This document shows, in pieces, positions 38,042 to 47,606 of a stretch of 47,669 nucleotides of DNA. The translations under genes and the position numbers were made by a program. Each line of letters starts with the position of its first letter. Position 1 is the stretch's first letter. Source of the stretch: Thermoplasmata archaeon (GTDB lineage: Archaea > Thermoplasmatota > Thermoplasmata > Thermoplasmatales > ARK-15); NCBI GenBank assembly GCA_049967255.1, contig JBMFTB010000004.1, positions 1-47,669 on the forward strand, in the 5' to 3' direction. The notes under the pieces are model-generated. The model did no database searches and was not told where the DNA came from. It saw only the letters and a list, made by a program, of their open reading frames with translations.

Positions 38042-38517
38042 CTTGCAATTACCACCTCCGTGCATGCACCTTGGCCCATGCCCTCATCAAGGCAAAGCTC
38101 AATTCTTTTTATGTTTTCAGGTATTTTTAATTTTTTTAAGAGTTTATCAAGGATATATTTTGATAATTCTTCAGCTGTTGCCACTTCAACATCAACATAA
38201 TATACATCTTCAACGGGGAATATGTATTCCTTATCATCAAAAGATACCATCACCCTCGCCTCAATTTCTTCAACGGACATAATGCTAGATTTTTTTGGAA
38301 CTAGGACATGGTGATCCAATTCCTCAACGATGGATCTTAAGGCATTTTTTAATTCAATAAAATCTATTACCATATGATCTTCATTCATATCACCATCTAT
38401 TCTTATCCTAATGCCATAATCGTGTCCATGGAGCCTTGAACATTTTCCATGATATGGTATAAAATGTGATGCTGAAAATTTAATGTTTACCTCCCATCCA
38501 TTTATTTCAAGAATCAT
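38038..38517 (-). CDS. queD: 6-carboxytetrahydropterin synthase
   Basis: 'FSASHF...KCSRLHGHDY', 'DFIELK', 'LDH', 'TAEEL'. Operonic with queC. Confidence 0.88.
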   Translation of the reverse strand: MILEINGWEVNIKFSASHFIPYHGKCSRLHGHDYGIRIRIDGDMNEDHMVIDFIELKNALRSIVEELDHHVLVPKKSSIMSVEEIEARVMVSFDDKEYIFPVEDVYYVDVEVATAEELSKYILDKLLKKLKIPENIKRIELCLDEGMGQGACTEVVIAR

Positions 38518-38600
38518 ATGTCATTGAATTGCTAAGTGAATATAAATTTTTTTAATACACCTCAAGAAAATTTAATTAATGTCTATAATATGTTTTTATT

Positions 38601-40952
38601 ATGGAATATAAGTTAAGGATATTATCCGGTTCTTACGACAGATCGGACGAAAAAAACGTAGTCATGGAACTTTTCGGTAAGACCGATAATGATAAAAGTA
38701 TAGTAATAAGGTATAAAAATTTCAGGCCCTATTTTTATATTGTTGAACCGCCTGAAGATTTGATAAATACGCTAAAAAACGATCCTGAAATAATATCTAT
38801 AGATGATAAGGATCTATGGGTTTCTGGACAAATAAAAAAATGTAAGAAGGTAGTACTTCACGGACCATGGAAGGTTCCAAATTACAGGAAGATTGCACAG
38901 GAAAAATGTCAGGTTCTAGCTGCAGATATTCCTTTCCACCACAGATTTATGTATGATCTTGATATTGGTTCTTGTGTAGTTGTAAAAGGAAAAGAGATTA
39001 AGAATAACAGATATAATGTGGATATTGTTATTGATGCAGAAACAATAACAAACGTGGATCCATTTATGCCCGATTTAAAAATTTTATCACTTGATATTGA
39101 AAATTCTATAAAGGAAAAGAAAATTTATACTGTAGGTATTGCAATATACCACAATGGTGAAATCAAAACAAGGTCTATTTTAGGCAATGATAATGAATCC
39201 ATAATAAGGGAGCTTGAAAAAATTATCATATCAGAGGACCCTGATGTTATAACAGGTTACAACATAGATGGTTATGATCTTCCATATATAATAGATCTTG
39301 CAAGGGATTTGAAAATGGGCTTTCATATTGGTAGGGATGGATCTGAACCTATGAGGATTATGGGCCAATTCTGGCGTGTGCATGGAAGAATTGTTGCTGA
39401 TGCATGGTGGAATGTAAAAAGGGAATTGAAACCAAAACAGGAAACATTAAATGCTGTAGCAAAGGAACTATTGGGTGAAGAAAAGCTTGATGTTGATAGG
39501 TCAAAAATGGACGATGAATGGTTAAGAGACAGGGAAAAGGTTGTTGAATATTGTGTTAACGATGCTGTACTTGCTTTGAAGATTTTATTAAAAATAGAAG
39601 TTCTGAGAAAATACCAGGATCTGTCAACCGTTTCAAAATTGCCCATGGATGATGTTATGAATTCAGGTGCATCTACATTGATAGATTCCATCCTGATAAG
39701 GGAAGCGGATAGGAATAACATTGGAGTTCCCCTTATGATGTCCCAGGAAGAAGAGGAAAGAATAGAGGGTGGATATGTACATACAATTGAGCCAGGTCTA
39801 TACCATTGGGTATGTGTTTTAGATTTTAAATCAATGTACCCTTCAATAATAATAAAGTATAATATATGTTTCACAACAATTAGTAAGGATGGAACAATTG
39901 TTAGTCCATCCGGCGTAAGATTCCTTTCAAAGGATGTTAAGGAGGGACTTGTTCCTAAGATATTGAATAACTTAATGAATCAAAGGGATGAAATAAAGAA
40001 AAAGATGAAAAGTGCAGAAGGTGAAATGAAAAGGTATTACAATGGTCTCCAGCAGGCTATAAAAATTTTGATGAATTCTTTTTACGGTGTTTTTGCCTCA
40101 TCATTTTACAGGTTCACAAACAAAGAAATAGGGTCCAGCATTACTGCGTTTGCAAGGGAAACAGTTAAAAGTATAATAAAGGATTTGGAAGAAAAAGGTA
40201 TCAAAGTAGTTTATGGAGATACAGATAGTGTTTTTTTCCTTTCTCCCAAACCAAATCTTGAAGAAAGTATAAAATTCGGGAATGAAATTGCAGATGAAAT
40301 ATCAAAAAAAGAGGATCTAATTTTTGAATTTCAGCAGATTCTTGAACCATTTTTTTCCCATGGTGCAAAGAAAAGGTATGTAGGGAAAGTTGTTTATCCT
40401 GTTGAGGAGAGTGGCGAAATAGTTGTTAGGGGTTATGAGACAAGGAGGACAGATAGTTTTGATTTACAGAGCGAGATTTTAATGGAAATATTCCATCTAA
40501 TACTAGATGGAAAACTTGACGAGGCAAAGAAAAGATCCAAGGAAGTGATAGATCAGGTTAAAAAGGGAAATGTCCCCATAGAAAAGCTTGTCATTTCCAG
40601 AAGCGTAAGAGACACAAAGGAATATAAGAATCCGGATTCTATGCCAAATGTCCAGGCAGCAAAAAAAATGCAGGAGCTAGGATATGAGTTCATTCCGGGT
40701 ATGAAAGTTTCATGGATTGTTGTAAACGACAGAAAAAGTCCACAGGAAGTTGAACCTTATATAAGTGGAAGGGTATTTACAAAAAAACCAGATTATGAAT
40801 ACTATGCTAGGAGGCTTGCAGAAACACTTTCAAGAATAACTGAGGTATTTGAGCTGGATCAAAATGCCTTAATTACAGGAAAGAAACAAACAACCCTTTT
40901 TGATAATGAAAAAAAGAAAACAAAAAAGGGGACGCTTGAAGATTTTCTTTAA
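38601..40952 (+). CDS. polB: Family B DNA polymerase
   Basis: Exonuclease 'DIE', 'GYNIDGYD'. Polymerase 'DFKSMYPS', 'KILMNSFYG', 'YGDTDS', 'KKRY'. No intein. Confidence 0.97.
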   Translation: MEYKLRILSGSYDRSDEKNVVMELFGKTDNDKSIVIRYKNFRPYFYIVEPPEDLINTLKNDPEIISIDDKDLWVSGQIKKCKKVVLHGPWKVPNYRKIAQEKCQVLAADIPFHHRFMYDLDIGSCVVVKGKEIKNNRYNVDIVIDAETITNVDPFMPDLKILSLDIENSIKEKKIYTVGIAIYHNGEIKTRSILGNDNESIIRELEKIIISEDPDVITGYNIDGYDLPYIIDLARDLKMGFHIGRDGSEPMRIMGQFWRVHGRIVADAWWNVKRELKPKQETLNAVAKELLGEEKLDVDRSKMDDEWLRDREKVVEYCVNDAVLALKILLKIEVLRKYQDLSTVSKLPMDDVMNSGASTLIDSILIREADRNNIGVPLMMSQEEEERIEGGYVHTIEPGLYHWVCVLDFKSMYPSIIIKYNICFTTISKDGTIVSPSGVRFLSKDVKEGLVPKILNNLMNQRDEIKKKMKSAEGEMKRYYNGLQQAIKILMNSFYGVFASSFYRFTNKEIGSSITAFARETVKSIIKDLEEKGIKVVYGDTDSVFFLSPKPNLEESIKFGNEIADEISKKEDLIFEFQQILEPFFSHGAKKRYVGKVVYPVEESGEIVVRGYETRRTDSFDLQSEILMEIFHLILDGKLDEAKKRSKEVIDQVKKGNVPIEKLVISRSVRDTKEYKNPDSMPNVQAAKKMQELGYEFIPGMKVSWIVVNDRKSPQEVEPYISGRVFTKKPDYEYYARRLAETLSRITEVFELDQNALITGKKQTTLFDNEKKKTKKGTLEDFL

Positions 40953-40953
40953 A

Positions 40954-41655
40954 TCATTCCGATTGCAAGGAATGCATAAGAATTATTATATCAGAAGCAT
41001 CTTCGGCGCTATCACTAATTTCATCTATTCTATGAATTATGTTTTCAATCTGAAGGATGGTGAAAACTTCAAGCTCCTTTTCCATTTTATGAAGATCTTT
41101 AAGCATTTTTAACTTTATGTCATCAATTTTTTGTTCCAAATCTGATATAGAGTGACATATATCAACAGTATTTTTTTCATCATTGAAAAGGCTTTTAGTT
41201 GCATCATATAAAAGGTCAGTAGTACGAATGGTATCTTCCAGGTAGTTCTTGAAATTTATATCCTTAAGGAAATTTACACCAGGCAATGGCATGGGTCTTA
41301 TGTAAATTGCCCTGACTGTTTGAATAATTTTCTCCATAACACGTTCAATGCTTTCAGTGAGTGTAACAAATATATATTTGTCAGTGGGGAAAAGGATACC
41401 CTTGTACAAATTCAATTCATTTTCCTTTGAGATTGCAATCACATCACTTCTAATGTTTTCAATCTTTTTTGTTACCTCATCAAGTTTGTCATAATTAAGG
41501 TTAAGCAGATAATCATATACTTCAATTAAAAATCTTGAACCATCCTTAACTTTTTCAGTTTGAAGCACATAATTTTCTAGTATTTTCAAATCATTTTTTT
41601 TCTTGAATATGCGCATATTTAATGATAATAATTCTATATCAATAAATTTTTTCAT
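40954..41655 (-). CDS. DUF47/PhoU-like phosphate transport regulator
   Basis: Helical repeat with 'LEQKIDDIK' and 'IDEISDSAEDASD'. True start may be 41616. Confidence 0.7.
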   Translation of the reverse strand: MKKFIDIELLSLNMRIFKKKNDLKILENYVLQTEKVKDGSRFLIEVYDYLLNLNYDKLDEVTKKIENIRSDVIAISKENELNLYKGILFPTDKYIFVTLTESIERVMEKIIQTVRAIYIRPMPLPGVNFLKDINFKNYLEDTIRTTDLLYDATKSLFNDEKNTVDICHSISDLEQKIDDIKLKMLKDLHKMEKELEVFTILQIENIIHRIDEISDSAEDASDIIILMHSLQSE

Positions 41656-41725
41656 AGGATGTTAGGAAAAAATTCGAAGAAAAAATTATAACCTGTTATT
41701 ACAATATGCCTTTACTGATGTTCCA

Positions 41726-42307
41726 ATGGATCAGAAAGAAATATGTAAAACTCTTCGCGAAGCTATCATTGAAATACTTAATCAGGAGGAAATGAGCATT
41801 TCCTCTATTTCAAAGAGGCTTGAAAAGGAAGGAATCAAGATTCACAGGTTAATACTTACAGGTTATTTGCAGGCACTAAGGGACATGAATATTCTGAAGG
41901 AAAAGGAGATTCAGCCATCAAAAATTTACGCTGTCCTGAAGATTGAGGAAAAGAACATTTATGAAATAATGAGTGAATTCATTTCTGAACATCCTGAATC
42001 AGGAGATCTTTGTGTTTTTGTCTTAAATAAATTATTCAAAAGACCAATATTGAAATATGAAATTGATAGGTGTAATGCATCCAAGCCTGAATTTGCGGAA
42101 AGAGTTTATGGCGATGATAGAAAAGGTGCGATAGAGGTCTTTGAATCCATGGGTATACCTGTTAGCAAGAACATGCCTGCTTATATTCCAAAAAAGGATT
42201 ACAACGAAGAATTTATGGAAATATTAACACAAATGGTGATAAAGACATTCAACATCCAGAAATATACAATCAATAAAAAAACGCAGCTAAAGCTTGACTC
42301 TATATGA
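41726..42307 (+). CDS. Hypothetical protein with N-terminal winged-HTH
   Basis: 'MSISSISKRL...HRLILTGYLQALRDMNIL.EKEI.PSKIY'. Confidence 0.65.
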   Translation: MDQKEICKTLREAIIEILNQEEMSISSISKRLEKEGIKIHRLILTGYLQALRDMNILKEKEIQPSKIYAVLKIEEKNIYEIMSEFISEHPESGDLCVFVLNKLFKRPILKYEIDRCNASKPEFAERVYGDDRKGAIEVFESMGIPVSKNMPAYIPKKDYNEEFMEILTQMVIKTFNIQKYTINKKTQLKLDSI

Positions 42308-43529
42308 TTATGCCGTAACCTATTAATCTCCATCTATTTTGTATTCTTCTCCCGATTGCTATCCTTTGCTTAGATTCTGCAATAACAGGGTATTTTAAGG
42401 TTATGTCGACAGAATCCGTCCTTGCACTTTTTACATTTCCAACCGTTGTTGTTGTACCTACGCTTAACATTAAAGCCTCTCCCGTTCTTATTCTATCCAC
42501 CCTAATTTCTTCAGTATGACCTACAACATAGTCCAGCAAATGCACATCTATTGTTAGTTCACTCTGGAGTTCCGGTAATGTCCCAGGCTTTCCTGCCATT
42601 CTTCCTATGAGTCCATCCGCCTTTGTCAACGCAGGATCAAGCTTTGTTCCTATGGCCACAAGCCCTCCAGGTTTTACCTCTTCCCAGCTCCTTCCACCTG
42701 AAAACAATGATACAACATCAGCATAGATAGGTTCCCAAACAACCTTTCTTCCCTTTGTTATCTGAAAGCCTGGTGAAATTTCTATTTCATCCCCTATCCT
42801 GAATTTTCCCTGTATAAGAGATCCTCCTATAACCCCTCCTTGAAGTTTATCAGGCGGTGTGCCCGGTTTGTTAACATCAAACGATCTTGCAATATACATC
42901 CTTGCTGGTTTTGTTGGGTCAAATTCTGGTGTTTCTATTACCTTTTCAATTGCTTCAATGAGTACATCTATATTTGCATCATGATGTGCACTAACTGGTA
43001 TAATAGGTGCATTTTCTGCAATTGTACCCTTTACAAATTCTTTTATTTCATTATAATTTTCTTTTGCCCTTTCATCCGTGACAAGATCTATTTTGTTCTG
43101 GACAATAACAATTTGAGAAACGCCTACAATTTCAAGAGCTTTTAAATGTTCCCTTGTTTGAGGCCTAGGGCATTTTTGATTTGCGGCAATAAGTAAAAGT
43201 GCACCATTCATTATTGCCGCTCCTGAAAGCATGGTTGCCATCAATGTTTCATGGCCTGGGGAATCAACGAAAGAAACAACCCTCTTTAGTTCCAGATCAC
43301 CATCACATTTTAAATTTGCAGATGAAACGTATCTCTCTTTTCCATTCTCCCTACAAATGTAAAAAGCAGCATCGGCATAACCAAGCTTTATTGAAACCCC
43401 CCTTTTTATCTCTTCGCTGTATGTATCTGTCCATGTTCCAGTTAGAGCCTTTGTCAATGTTGTCTTACCATGGTCAACATGTCCTACCATTCCGATGTTT
43501 ACTTCAGGTTGTTTAGGCATTACAGTCAT
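42300..43529 (-). CDS. eif2g: Translation initiation factor aIF-2 gamma
   Basis: 'QPEVNIGMVGHVDHGKTTL', 'DSPGHE', 'QNKID', 'RWRLIGYG'. Confidence 0.97.
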   Translation of the reverse strand: MTVMPKQPEVNIGMVGHVDHGKTTLTKALTGTWTDTYSEEIKRGVSIKLGYADAAFYICRENGKERYVSSANLKCDGDLELKRVVSFVDSPGHETLMATMLSGAAIMNGALLLIAANQKCPRPQTREHLKALEIVGVSQIVIVQNKIDLVTDERAKENYNEIKEFVKGTIAENAPIIPVSAHHDANIDVLIEAIEKVIETPEFDPTKPARMYIARSFDVNKPGTPPDKLQGGVIGGSLIQGKFRIGDEIEISPGFQITKGRKVVWEPIYADVVSLFSGGRSWEEVKPGGLVAIGTKLDPALTKADGLIGRMAGKPGTLPELQSELTIDVHLLDYVVGHTEEIRVDRIRTGEALMLSVGTTTTVGNVKSARTDSVDITLKYPVIAESKQRIAIGRRIQNRWRLIGYGIII

Positions 43530-43930
43530 GCTTTTCCTTCATTGCTCTCATTTTTTTCTAATGGTGCTTGGCCATATTCAATAACCATTGTATTTATCTG
43601 GACTATTTCAGGAGTAATCGTATTTCCCCTTAACAACTTTTTTTTCCTCATTCCCTTCCTTTTTGGATGAAAACCGAATCCTTCTGCTAATAAAACTGCT
43701 TTTCTTACACCACCCGGTATTGATGGTGACATTGGAAAACCATCCTTATCAGTACCGCCGGTGATTTTTAGTTTATATCCATCCATTTGAAAAATGGAAC
43801 CATCTATAATATCTCCTATTTTTTTCCCAATAAGTGCATCCGAATTCTGCTCTTCCAGGTCCTTCTGGAAGCTTTTACCAGTTTTTGGATCCGAGATAAC
43901 AATCTTGAAAGATACCATACCTAATAACAC
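43526..43930 (-). CDS. rps6e: 30S ribosomal protein S6e
   Basis: 'ISDPKTGKS', 'KITGGTDKDGFPM', 'RGNTI...VQIN'. True start may be the ATG at 43918. Confidence 0.95.
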   Translation of the reverse strand: MLLGMVSFKIVISDPKTGKSFQKDLEEQNSDALIGKKIGDIIDGSIFQMDGYKLKITGGTDKDGFPMSPSIPGGVRKAVLLAEGFGFHPKRKGMRKKKLLRGNTITPEIVQINTMVIEYGQAPLEKNESNEGKA

Positions 43931-43976
43931 CTTTTGCTTTACCTTATATAATATCCAAATATTTTAACATTATTGA

Positions 43977-44447
43977 TTAGAGACCCATGGACAAAACTAC
44001 GTTATTGTTGTAGATAATCATCAATTTAAATTGGCTCAGTTCCTGTGCTGTTAAATTATTAAAATAAATAATATCGCCTCCATCCAGCAAATGGTTATGG
44101 TTCATATCGTAAATTTTTATACTGAAATTTATTGAATTATAGGATCCTTTTATGATTGAAACGTTTTTGAACATATTCAAAGTATAGGAGAAAATGTATG
44201 AATTTGAGCTCAACTCTATGGTAAACGGAGTGCCTATAGAACCGTGCGTTATAATTACACTAACATTATCCCCATTTTCATTTAGCATTCCAAAAAGATA
44301 ATTATTTGAGCTATTAACCCTGTTAATAGACATAATATTGAAAGCGTAAAAAAGAACCATTATTGTTAATAAAAATGTAATTAGGATCATTAAAATATTT
44401 GCAATTACACTGCTTACTCCCCATTCTTTTTTCAGATGTTTATACAC
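43977..44447 (-). CDS. Archaeal type IV pilin-like protein (class III signal peptide)
   Basis: 'KKEWG|VSSVIANILMILIT' matches the PibD-type cleavage site and hydrophobic N-helix. Confidence 0.75.
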   Translation of the reverse strand: MYKHLKKEWGVSSVIANILMILITFLLTIMVLFYAFNIMSINRVNSSNNYLFGMLNENGDNVSVIITHGSIGTPFTIELSSNSYIFSYTLNMFKNVSIIKGSYNSINFSIKIYDMNHNHLLDGGDIIYFNNLTAQELSQFKLMIIYNNNVVLSMGL

Positions 44448-44535
44448 ACTTCTAGATTATTAATCCATTATTTATATTCTTTGTAAGTCAATTTTAAATA
44501 ATTAATATGCATTATCAAACATATCGGTGATCTAA

Positions 44536-46149
44536 ATGAAGACAGAAATACCATATCCTCAAAATGAGCCAGTACTCTCCTTTTCAAAGGGAAGTGAAGA
44601 AAGAGAAAAAGTAAAGGAAGAAATGGATAAGATTTTAAACGATTATGTGGAAATTCCTCTAATCATAGGTGGAAAAGAAATAAAAACTGATGATTCAGGA
44701 AAATGCATATTGCCCCATGAAAAGGATCAATCAATAGGAACCTATTACAAAGCAGGAAAGGAAGAAGCAGACCTTGCAATTGAAAAGGCATTAGAAGCCA
44801 GAGAAAAATGGGCTGAAATGCCATGGGATCATAGACTTTCGATATTTCTAAAGGCTGCTGAATTATTATCAAAGAAATACAGGTATATGATGGATGCTGC
44901 CGTTATGCTTGTTCACTCAAAAAATCCCTATCAGGCAGAAATAGATATAGCAGAGTTAATAGATTTCTGGAGATTCAATCCCTATTACGCACAGGAAATT
45001 TTTGAGGACCAACCCTATTCCTCGACTGGAACTCTCAACCGAATGGATTACAGGCCCTTAGAAGGGTTTGTTTTTGCAATTCCGCCATTCAATTTTCTTT
45101 CCATTGATGGCAATTTGCCCACGGCTCCCGCTATGATGGGGAATGTTGTGATCTGGAAACCACCATCACAAGTTGTATATTCAAATTACTTATTATACAA
45201 GATATTAAAAGAAGCAGGCCTGCCTGATGGCATAATAAATTTTCTACCTGGAGATTCTTCAAAAATGGGTGATTACATATTAAAGAATTCAAATCTTGCA
45301 GGTTTACATTTTACGGGATCAACAATAACTTTGCAGCATCTTTTTAGAGTGATAGGTGAAAATATTCAGAACTACAAAGTTTATCCAAGAATTGTAGGTG
45401 AAAGTGGTGGAAAGGATTTTGTTTTTGTCCATCAATCAGCTGATGTTAAGGAAACAGAGGTAGCATTGTTGAGAGGGGCGTTTGAATATCAAGGGCAGAA
45501 ATGTTCAGCAGCGTCAAGGGCATATATACCGGAATCCCTTTGGAATCAAATAGTTACTGAAATGATTAACGATCTTAAAACAATAAAGATGGGTCCTCCA
45601 ACGGATTATTCAAATTTCATAAATGCTGTAATTGATTCATCATCTTTTAAAAAAATAAGCTATTATATTGATATTGCAAAAAAATCCGATAAGGCGGAAA
45701 TTATATACGGTGGTAAATGTGATGATTCAAAGGGTTTTTTTGTAGAACCAACAATAATAAAGGTAAAAGATCCACAATTTATTACTATGAGAGATGAAAT
45801 TTTTGGCCCTGTGCTTTCCTTATACATGTATAAGGATGAAAAGTTCCCTGAAGTACTGGATATTTGCAACAAAACATCCATATATGGTCTAACAGGATCA
45901 ATATTTGCTAGAGATAGGGAAGCAATAATATTTGCAGAGAAAAAGCTAAGGGATGCAGCTGGTAATTTTTACATTAATGATAAGCCAACGGGTGCAGTTG
46001 TGAACCAACAGCCCTTTGGTGGTTCAAGGGGATCAGGTACAAACGATAAAGCAGGAAGCAAATGGAACCTTATAAGATGGGTAACGCCAAGGGCGATAAA
46101 GGAGAATTTCAATCCTCCTAGGGATTATAAATACGCATTCCTTTCATAA
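44536..46149 (+). CDS. pruA: Delta-1-pyrroline-5-carboxylate dehydrogenase
   Basis: 'ELIDFWRFN', 'PFNF', 'FTGS', 'GESGGKDF', 'FEYQGQKCSAASR', 'FYINDKPTGAVV.QQPFGGSR.SGTNDK'. Confidence 0.93.
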   Translation: MKTEIPYPQNEPVLSFSKGSEEREKVKEEMDKILNDYVEIPLIIGGKEIKTDDSGKCILPHEKDQSIGTYYKAGKEEADLAIEKALEAREKWAEMPWDHRLSIFLKAAELLSKKYRYMMDAAVMLVHSKNPYQAEIDIAELIDFWRFNPYYAQEIFEDQPYSSTGTLNRMDYRPLEGFVFAIPPFNFLSIDGNLPTAPAMMGNVVIWKPPSQVVYSNYLLYKILKEAGLPDGIINFLPGDSSKMGDYILKNSNLAGLHFTGSTITLQHLFRVIGENIQNYKVYPRIVGESGGKDFVFVHQSADVKETEVALLRGAFEYQGQKCSAASRAYIPESLWNQIVTEMINDLKTIKMGPPTDYSNFINAVIDSSSFKKISYYIDIAKKSDKAEIIYGGKCDDSKGFFVEPTIIKVKDPQFITMRDEIFGPVLSLYMYKDEKFPEVLDICNKTSIYGLTGSIFARDREAIIFAEKKLRDAAGNFYINDKPTGAVVNQQPFGGSRGSGTNDKAGSKWNLIRWVTPRAIKENFNPPRDYKYAFLS

Positions 46150-46152
46150 TTT

Positions 46153-46290
46153 GTGAGCTACTCCTCAGCTGAAGCATCGGAGCTTCCTGATTCATAGACC
46201 GACCTCTGCCTGTACGGATATATCCCATACAAGCCCGATGTAGCGATCTCCACAGGCGTAGATTCGGACTGCACCAGCCCTACTTTTATC
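46153..46290 (-). ncRNA. Predicted TnpB omegaRNA scaffold (approximate 5' boundary)
   Basis: GC-richer hairpin-forming sequence overlapping the tnpB 3' end and ending in TCAC, as known for TnpB right ends. Confidence 0.55.
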
Positions 46291-46718
46291 AATCCTATTT
46301 TCTTTATATTTTTTGATGCATTGAGATCCCTATCCATTATCAATCCACAGACATTGCAGTGGTATATCCTATCGGACAGTTTGAGATCATGTTTTATGTT
46401 ACCGCATTTAGAACATATCTTAGATGATGGTTCGAATCTGCCTATTTCAATGATGTTCTTACCATATTTTATAGCCTTCCATTCAACCTTTTCTTTAAAG
46501 GCATAGAAGGATACATCACCTATGCTCTTCGCTATATGATGATTCTGCATCATCCCCTGAACATTCAGGTCCTCCATGATGATGGTATCGTACTGCTTGG
46601 CTATCGCAGTCGATACCTTATCCAGGAAGGCCTCCCTCATGTTCCTTAGCTTCCTGTATTTCTTCTGCAATTTCAATATCTGTTTTCTCCTGTTATTCTT
46701 AATCTTTATGTGTTGCGG
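46153..46718 (-). mobile_element. tnpB: IS200/IS605-type TnpB remnant with intact right end
   Basis: RuvC-II 'IIMEDL', Zn finger 'CSKC...CNVC', RuvC-III 'DRDLNA'. Right end ...GAGGAGTAGCTCAC ends at 46153; 5' part cut at the IS21 end. Confidence 0.88.
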
Positions 46719-47032
46719 TGTAAATGGCAGTTAAATTTTCCCCATTTTCGGCAGTTTAAAATTCCCCATATATGGCAATTTAAATTCCCCCACCCATTTA
46801 CCCATATTGGAGGTGTGGAAATTTGTTATCCCAGGAGGATTGGCTTATGATTCGTGAATTATATGACCATGGAATGAGCATATCTGAAATCTCAAGAAGA
46901 TTGAACATTGACAGAAAGACCGCTAGGAAATATGCTAAGAGTAATGAAATTCCCAGATACCCTAAAAGAAATAAAAAGCAATCAAAAATAGATCCATACG
47001 TCAATGAAATAAAGGATATGATCAATACATAT
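46719..47032 (+). mobile_element. istA: IS21-family left end plus truncated istA (HTH only)
   Basis: Terminal TG, three 24-bp-period repeats, then ORF at 46823 'IRELYDHGMSISEISRRLNIDRKTARKY...SKIDPY'. Homology appears to end near 47032. Confidence 0.85.
46726..46795 (+). repeat. Three direct repeats GGCA(G/A)TT..A.TTCCCCA (IS21 transposase-binding sites)
   Basis: Copies start at 46726, 46750 and 46774. Confidence 0.85.
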
Positions 47033-47606
47033 GTAAATTTTCAAGCTGGCTTTTTTCAATCTACATTATTACCATCTCCCTTATATTTTTATCGGAGATA
47101 TTGAGCTTGCCTGTTTCCCTCACACACACATACACATATAAGCGCTTTTCGTGCATTCTGATAATTCAGTGTGCCGGAGAGAAACCTTGCACTCAAATAC
47201 AAGATGATTTCATCAATCGATCCTAAGCAATTCAGCAAGCCATATCTCTTATGATCATTCATTCAGATTCATCCATTTTAATTCTGTCAAGGATTCAATT
47301 TCGTATTTCCAATCCTTTCCTGTCTTCAACATATGATAGATCATCCTTAACAGCTTTCGCATTGTTAATACATAAGCCTTTTTCCCGGATTTCTTTCTCT
47401 CTTTTTCATAATGATAATATTTACTTATTGGTTCGTTATACCTCATAACTGTTGTTACTGCAATCGACAGTGCCCATCTGGCTGTACTTGCACCTTCTTT
47501 TGACATGCGTCCCCTCTGTGTTATGCTTGATGAATCCCTATTTGATGGTACTATGCCAAAGAAACTTGCTAATTTTCCCTCATTTTCAAACCTATTTATT
47601 TCCTGA
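47033..47606 (-). mobile_element. IS110-family remnant (C-terminal transposase plus ~220-nt non-coding right end)
   Basis: Frame 47255-47605 reads 'INRFENEGKLASFFGIVPSNRDSSSITQRGRMSKEG..ARWAL...KKAYVLTMRKLLRMIYHML', typical of the IS110 Tnp domain. Confidence 0.85.

Noticed and set aside
46726-46795. Three 24-bp-period repeats resembling a mini-CRISPR
   Set aside because: No unique spacers; they follow a terminal TG and precede istA, as expected for IS21 end repeats.
47119-47140. (CA)n microsatellite-like run
   Set aside because: Short and inside the IS110 right end; no evidence of phase variation.
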